Assembly (NCBI RefSeq): GCF_004010195.1
Contig: NC_057755.1
Coordinates: 7,778,145-7,805,514, forward strand
Length of the DNA stretch: 27,370 nucleotides
Source: Chiloscyllium plagiosum
Taxonomy: Eukaryota
Direction: 5' to 3'
The notes beneath the pieces are model-generated. The model worked only from the letters and a program-made list of their open reading frames with translations. It was not told where the DNA came from and did no database searches. Of the stretch, positions 21,770-27,370 are shown piece after piece. The first letter of the stretch is position 1. The number at the start of each line of letters is the position of its first letter. Both the position numbers and the translations under genes were made by a program.

Positions 21770-22030
21770 GTCTTGTTACTTCTTCCAAAGTACATCAACA
21801 CATATTTATCAGGGTTGCATTTCATCTGTCACTGATCTGTCCATCTGATCAAGCAGTTTATGTCCTCCTGTAACCTAACACTTTCCTCCTCAATCTCCTC
21901 CCGACCTGGCTAATCATTGTATTATCCACAAACTGACTTATCATACCCCCAACATTCTCATCTATATCATTTACAAATGTCACAAACAATAAAGGCCCCA
22001 AACATTGATCCCTGTGGTATGCTGCTGTTG
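21770..22030 (-). mobile_element. Old CR1-like RT fragment
   Basis: Reverse strand accacagggatcaatgtttggggcc (PQGS.LGP) and tttgtggataataca (FADDT-like). Confidence 0.6.
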
Positions 22031-22332
22031 ACCAGCTAATCTTCTAATCATGTGAATATGTTACCACTCATATCTTGAGGTTTTGTTTCAGAACCCTGTG
22101 GTTCTGAATGCTCTGAAACATTTGTGTTGTTCTCACTTCAGGTCTGGGTTTGTTGTGGATGAGCTGATGACTGTGATTCATTAATAACTCCAACATTGTT
22201 ATAACGTGAGACTGTTAGCATGTTGGGACACACCACTTTGGTCTTTTTCTTCACCCAGCAATTCCTTTGTTGTTGTTCTGCCAGTTTTGTGATAGTTATA
22301 TAATTGAAACCCATTCTGTGCTCTCCACTTAC

Positions 22333-22499
22333 CAAATGTTCTTTTTCATTGAAATGCTTCTTATCTTTTAACAATGAGCTGACACCATCCACCTCTTCTT
22401 GAATTGCCTGTTCAAGTCTGTGCCAGTAGAACTTCGTCAACTGGAATAAGTGGTAGCTCTTACACACTGCCAAGAACTTAGTGATTATGGTATCTGGAT
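22333..22499 (-). CDS. NLR exon: N-terminal helical death-fold-like (CARD-like) domain, part 1
   Basis: tttgtgctcacAG|atccagat...gaacatttg|GTAAGT, 167 bp, phase 1-0. Translates (D)PDTIITKFLAVCKSYHLFQLTKFYWHRLEQAIQEEVDGVSSLLKDKKHFNEKEHL, resembling the N-termini of shark NLRP3-like proteins as I recall them. Confidence 0.85.
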
Positions 22500-22678
22500 C
22501 TGTGAGCACAAACATAAATAAAATGCATTTTCAACTTTATACCTACTTGGCTATAATTTCTCTTGCATTGAGTAACTGAATGGACGTGTCAACCACATTA
22601 TCAGCACAGACTTCAAATCTGTACGATCGGCCTGTCTTTATTCTTCAAAATTGGCCATATTTGTCAAACATGACTTAC

Positions 22679-22700
22679 CTGTTCCAGCCTCCCTGATCAT
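22679..22700 (-). CDS. Candidate first coding exon segment of NLR gene (MIREAGT-, phase 1)
   Basis: Minus strand gggATGatcagggaggctggaacag|GTAAGT is a strong donor. The 22 nt (7 codons + 1) match the phase-1 acceptor of the next exon (G|AT = Asp). The sequence upstream is replaced by a CR1 insertion, so the true start is uncertain. Confidence 0.55.
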
Positions 22701-22711
22701 CCCTACACCAA

Positions 22712-24337
22712 GGAGATTACTGAGATACAGGCTACTAGACTAGGTGCAATTGAGGTTCACAAGAAAGAGGTATTAGAAATCCTGCAGAGTGTGAAAATAG
22801 AATAAGTTCCCTGGGCCGGATGGGATTTATCCTAGGATCCTCTGGGAAGCCAGGGAGGAGATTGCTGAGCCTTTGGCATTGATCCTTGAATCGTCATTGT
22901 CGACAGGAATGGTGCCAGAAGACTGGAGGATAGCAAATGTGGTTCCCCTGTTCAAGAAGGGGAGTAGAGACAATCCTGATAATTATAGACCAGTGAGCCT
23001 TACTTCAGTTGTTGGTAAAGTGTTGGAAAAGGTTATAAGAAATAGGATTTATAATCATCTAGAAAAGAATAATTTGATTAGGGATAGTCAGCACGGTTTT
23101 GTGAAGGGCAGGTCGTGCCTCAAACCTTATTGAGTTCTTTGAGAAGGTGACCAAACAGGTAGATGAGAGTAAACCGGTTGATGTGGTGTATATGGATTTC
23201 AGCAAGGCGTTCGATAAGGTTCTCCACAGTAGGCTATTGTACAAAATGCGGAGGAATGGGATTGTGGGAGTTATAGCAGTTTGGATCAGTAATTGGCTTG
23301 CTGAAAGAAGACAGAGGGTGGTGGTTGATGGGAAATGTTCATCCTGGAGTCCAGTTATTAGTGGTGTATCGGTGTTGGGTCCACTGCTGTTCATCATTTT
23401 TATAAACGACCTGGATGAGGGCGTAGAAGGGTGGGTTAGTAAATTTGCAGATGACACTAAGGTTGGTGGAGTTGTGGATAGTGACGAAGGTTGTTGTAGG
23501 CTACAGAGAGACATAGATAAGCTGCAGAGCTGGGCTGAGAGGTGGCAAATGGAATCTAATGCGGACAAGTGTGAGGTGATTCACTTTGGTCGGAGTAACC
23601 AGAATGCAAAGTACTGGGCTAATGGTAAGATTCTTGGTAGTGTAGATGAGCAGAGAGATCTCAGTGTCCAGGTACACAGATCCCTGAAAGTTGCCACCCA
23701 GGTTGACAGGGTTGTTAAGGAGGCATAGTGTTTTAGCTTTTCTTAATAGGGGGATCGAGTTCTGGAACCATGAGATAATGCTACAGCTGTATAAAACTTT
23801 GGTGCGGCCGCACTTGGAGTATTGTGTACAGTTCTGGTCACCGCATTATACGAAGGATGTGGAAACTTTGGAAAGAGTGCAGAGGAGATTTACTAGGATG
23901 TTGCCTGGTAAGGAGGAAGCTCTTACGAGGAAAGGCTGAGGGACTCGAGGCTGTTTTCGTTCGAGAGAAGAAGCTTGAGAGGTGATTTAATAGAGACATG
24001 TAAGAGATTCAGAGGGTTAGATAGGGTGGACAGGGAGAGCCTTTTTCCAAGAATGGTGACGGCGAGCACGAGGGGGCATAGCTTTGAGGGGTGATAGATA
24101 TAGGACAGATGTCATATGTAGTTTCTTTACTCAGAGAGTCGTAAGGGTATGGAATGCTTTGCCTGCAACGGTAGTAGATTCGCCAACTTTAAGTACATTT
24201 AAGTTATCATTGGACAAGCATATGGGCATATATGGAATAGTGTAGGTTAGATGGGCTTCAGATTGGTATGGCTGGTCGGCACAACATCGAGGGCCGAAGG
24301 GCCTGTATGGCGCTGTAATGTTCTATGTTTTATGTTC
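22712..24337 (+). mobile_element. CR1/HER1 LINE, 5'-truncated, frameshifted RT
   Basis: PGPDGI, NYRPVSLTSVVGK, DFSKAFDKV, SKFADDTK and HLEYCVQFWSP. 3' end gggccgaagggcctgta...gttctatgttttatgtt. Confidence 0.96.
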
Positions 24338-25114
24338 ACTAACTGTTGACTATTTTGGCATTGAAATATAAATTCCAGAGGTTCCTTCGTAACCAACCTC
24401 TTTGACCAACTGATAATAATTCCTGAACAACCCTCAAAACCTATCATTGTCCCCATGGGTCTTGTCCACAGAACATAAAGCAGATTACATGTTAAAAAAA
24501 AAACTTAACCTCCCTTTTGTTCAGAAAAGTTGAGTATGGTTAAAATGTTTGTCACATATCACATGATTTACAACTAGGCCACAAGTTGAACAGTGGGTCA
24601 CAGAGGGGCACAACGAGTCAGGTCACCCTTGTGGGATTTCTCACCTGTCATCGTGTGGAGACAGTGAAAACATTGGAACAAATCAAGTGCAGATTCCTAT
24701 TCTCGGAACCTGGTTCACTAACTGATCAGACGTCTCGAAATGCATCGTGTCTACAGAGGTGTTAAAAGCAACTGTCCATTGCTGATGCGTGGTCAGTGGA
24801 TTTGTTTAGGTGGCAGAACCTCTTTTGTGAAGAAAGATAGCTTACGAAAATCTCCAGCCCCCATCATTATCCTCCAATGGCCACCGTCTTGTGGCTCAAA
24901 CTCTTCAGGACTTTTGAAGCAAACTACTTTTAACACCTGAGGAGCGAGGAGCTCCAGCTGACCTTGACATAATAGATAAACTGAAAGCTAAAATCTCCTC
25001 AGAACTAGAAAAAAAAGACTTTGAAATCACCGAGAGCAAAAACTTAGCCCATCCATTAGTCTAGATAGGAATTACCAGCCTGGACATCAATGGCTGAAGG
25101 AATTCGTCAAAGGC

Positions 25115-25875
25115 AAATCAGGTCAGGGATTATACACTTAATAGTAAGATCTTAGGGAATATTGCTGAACAAAGAAACTTTAGAGTGCAGGTTCATAGTT
25201 CCTTGAAAGTGGAGTCACAGGTAGACAGGATAGTGAAGAAGGTGTTTGGTATGCTTTCCTTTATTGGTCAGAGCATTGACTATAGGGGCTGGGAGGTCAT
25301 GTTGCGCCTATACAGGACATTGGTTAGGCCACTTTTAGCATATTGTGTGCAATTCTGGTCTCTCTCCTAAAGGAAGGATGTTGCGAAACTTGAAAGGGTT
25401 CAGAAAAAAATTACAAAGAGGAGTTGTACAAGGGTTGGAGGATTTGAGCTGTGGGGAGAGTCTGAATAGGCTGAGACTGTTTTCCCTGGAGCTTTAGAGG
25501 CTGAGGGGTGACCTTATAGAGCTTTATAGAATCATGAGGGACATGGATATGATAAATAGACAAGATCTTTTCCCTGGGGTGGTGAAGTACAGAACTAGTG
25601 AGCATAGGTTTAAGGTGAGAGGGGAAAAATTTAAAAGGGACCTAAGGGGCAACTTTTTAATGCAGAGGGTGGTGTGTGTATGGAATGAGCTGCCAGAGGA
25701 ATTGGTCGAGGCTGGTACAATTATGACATTTAAAAGGTATCTGGATGGCTATATGATTAAGAAGGGATTAGACGGATATGGGCCCACGTGATGGCAAATG
25801 GGACTAAATTAATTTAAGATATCTGGTAGGCATCGACGAGTTGGACTGAAGGGTCTGTTTCTGTGTTGTATATCT
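25115..25875 (+). mobile_element. CR1/HER1 LINE 3' fragment
   Basis: VQVHSSLKVESQVDRIVKK...YRTLVRPLL and RGNFLMQRVVCVWNELP. Same subfamily as 13011-13790. Confidence 0.93.
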
Positions 25876-26302
25876 AGAACCAGAATGAAGAAAATTTACA
25901 GCCCAGGAACAGGCCCTTCGGCCCTCCAAGCCTGAGCTGATCCAAATCCACTGTCTAAACCTGTCGCCCAATTCCTAAGCATCTCTATCCCGCTGAACCC
26001 CACCTACACATGCATCTGTCCAGACGCATCTTAAATGAATCTGCTGTGCCTGCCTCTACTACCTCTGCTGGCAACGCGTTCCAGGTACCTACCACCGTAT
26101 TGTGTAAAGTATGTGCTGCGTGTATCCCCCTTAAACTTTTCATCTCTCACCTTGAAAGCGTGACCTCTCGTTATTGAATCCCTCACCCGGGGAAAAAAGC
26201 TTACCTCTATCTACCCTGTCTATATCCTTCATGACTTTGTAGACCTAAATCAGCTCCCCTTCCAATCTCCTTTTCTCTAATGACAACAATCCTAACCTAA
26301 CC
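25876..26302 (-). mobile_element. CR1 LINE 3' fragment inserted in the tail of the preceding CR1
   Basis: ggaacaggcccttcggccctc 3' end on the reverse strand. The host tail (gactcaatgactc) resumes at about 26303. Confidence 0.8.
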
Positions 26303-26374
26303 TATCTGTACGACTCAATGACTCGAGTCCAGGTAATTGGATTCTGATCTTTAACTACTAAAAGGGATAGACAT

Positions 26375-26580
26375 GGAAGATAGGAGCAGGAGTAGGCCAT
26401 TCATCTGCTGTTCAATGTGATCGCAGCTGATCATTGAGCTCAGTACCCTAATAATGCCCTCAGACCACTTTAGCCACAAAAAACTATATCTACCTTTTCT
26501 TGAAAACACAATGTATTGGCCTCAACCACTTTCTGTGGCAGTGAATTCCACAGGATGTGCTTGAAGAAATTCCTCCTTAT
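26375..26580 (-). mobile_element. CR1-like 3' end fragment
   Basis: gataggagcaggagtaggccattc...ttggcctcaaccactttctgtggcagtgaattccacag is homologous to 20470-20690. Confidence 0.65.
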
Positions 26581-26619
26581 CGTGGTCCAAAAAGAATTAC
26601 TAAAGGAAACTCACAAGGG

Positions 26620-27120
26620 ACACCAAATCAATAAGAAGAAATATTTTAGGGGAAAGTGGGCCAGGAGCAAAGTTGGCCCAGTAAAGACTGAAAGTGGGGA
26701 TATTGTCCATGTCTGTGGGGAAATAGCAGCCAAGTTGAATAATTACTTTGCCTCAGTATTTACAGCAGAAAAGGAGTTCAGCTTGCTAGAAATCCTGAGG
26801 AAATTAATATTGCATCAGGGAAATTAATGGAACTAAAGGGCAATAAATTGCATGGGTGGTTAAAGGTGTGGGAGGGAGGAGGGGTCCACATCATACACAC
26901 CATAACTATAACCTTTTAGAATTTCTTGGATATCGGCGGCATCTATCTGGATGGGAAAATTGCTACTGTCACGCCACCTTTTAATGTGGTCAAAGAGGAA
27001 ATTTAGGGAATTATAGACCAGTTGGCCCATCATCCTTGGTGGGGAAGTTATTGAAATTTATGATCAAGGATTGGGTAACAGAACAGCTCAAAAGTGTTCA
27101 CTTCATCAGGGAGAGCCAGG
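26620..27120 (+). mobile_element. Old CR1 ORF2 fragment (endonuclease-RT linker)
   Basis: KVGPVKTESG...AKLNNYFASVFT, gggaattatagaccagtt (GNYRPV) and atcagggagagccag (IRESQ), where it is interrupted. Confidence 0.75.
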
Positions 27121-27370
27121 TAAAAACAAGGACTGCAACAGATGCTGGAAACCAGATTCTAGATTAGAGTGTTGTTGGACAAGCACAGCAGTTCAGGCAG
27201 CATCCGAGGAGCAGGAAAATCGACGTTTCAAGCAAAAGCCCTTCATTAGGAATAGAGGCAGAGTGCCTGCAGGGTGGAGAGATAAATGAGAAGAGGGTGG
27301 GGGTGGGGAGAAAGTAGCATAGAGTACAATAGGTGAATGGGGGCGGGGGTGGAGGTGATAGGTCAGGGAG
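27121..27370 (-). mobile_element. Penelope-like terminal repeat (continues beyond window) with hammerhead motif at about 27218-27253
   Basis: Reverse strand ctattc-CTAATGA-agggcttttgctt-GAAAC-GTC-gattttcctgctcctcggatgctgcctgaactgctgtgc...ccagcatctg. Confidence 0.85.

Noticed and set aside
24630..24990. NF-kB-like gggatttctc, IRF-like aactgaaa and a possible 5'-UTR donor near 24644 as the NLR promoter
   Set aside because: Short, imperfect motifs expected by chance, and no TSS evidence.

Overview
Vertebrate genomic DNA, almost certainly from an elasmobranch (shark), inferred from HE1-type SINEs, HER1/CR1 LINEs and the shark-type NLR N-terminus. The window holds most of one minus-strand multi-exon NLR immune-receptor gene. 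Eight clear exons have GT-AG boundaries and chain in frame with no stops: two death-fold-like exons, a 66-bp linker, a 1738-bp FISNA-like/NACHT exon, and LRR exons of 87, 171, 171 and 171 bp. There is also a probable 22-bp start exon. One LRR exon (1757-1927) and the linker exon are missing from the ORF track. The introns are filled with nested retroelements: CR1/HER1 LINE fragments of several ages, four HE1 SINEs, a Penelope (GIY-YIG) element with an 11-bp TSD, and six short Penelope-terminal-repeat-derived inserts carrying minimal hammerhead-ribozyme motifs. The 5' end of a Gypsy-like LTR element (LTR, tRNA-Pro-like PBS, decayed gag) starts 45 bp after the last visible LRR exon. I cannot show a wholly new system. 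The best leads are the hammerhead-bearing mini-elements with about 13-bp TSDs and fold-back structure, the exact 281-bp periodicity of the LRR exons, and TE insertions at both ends of the NLR that could change its start and its termination.
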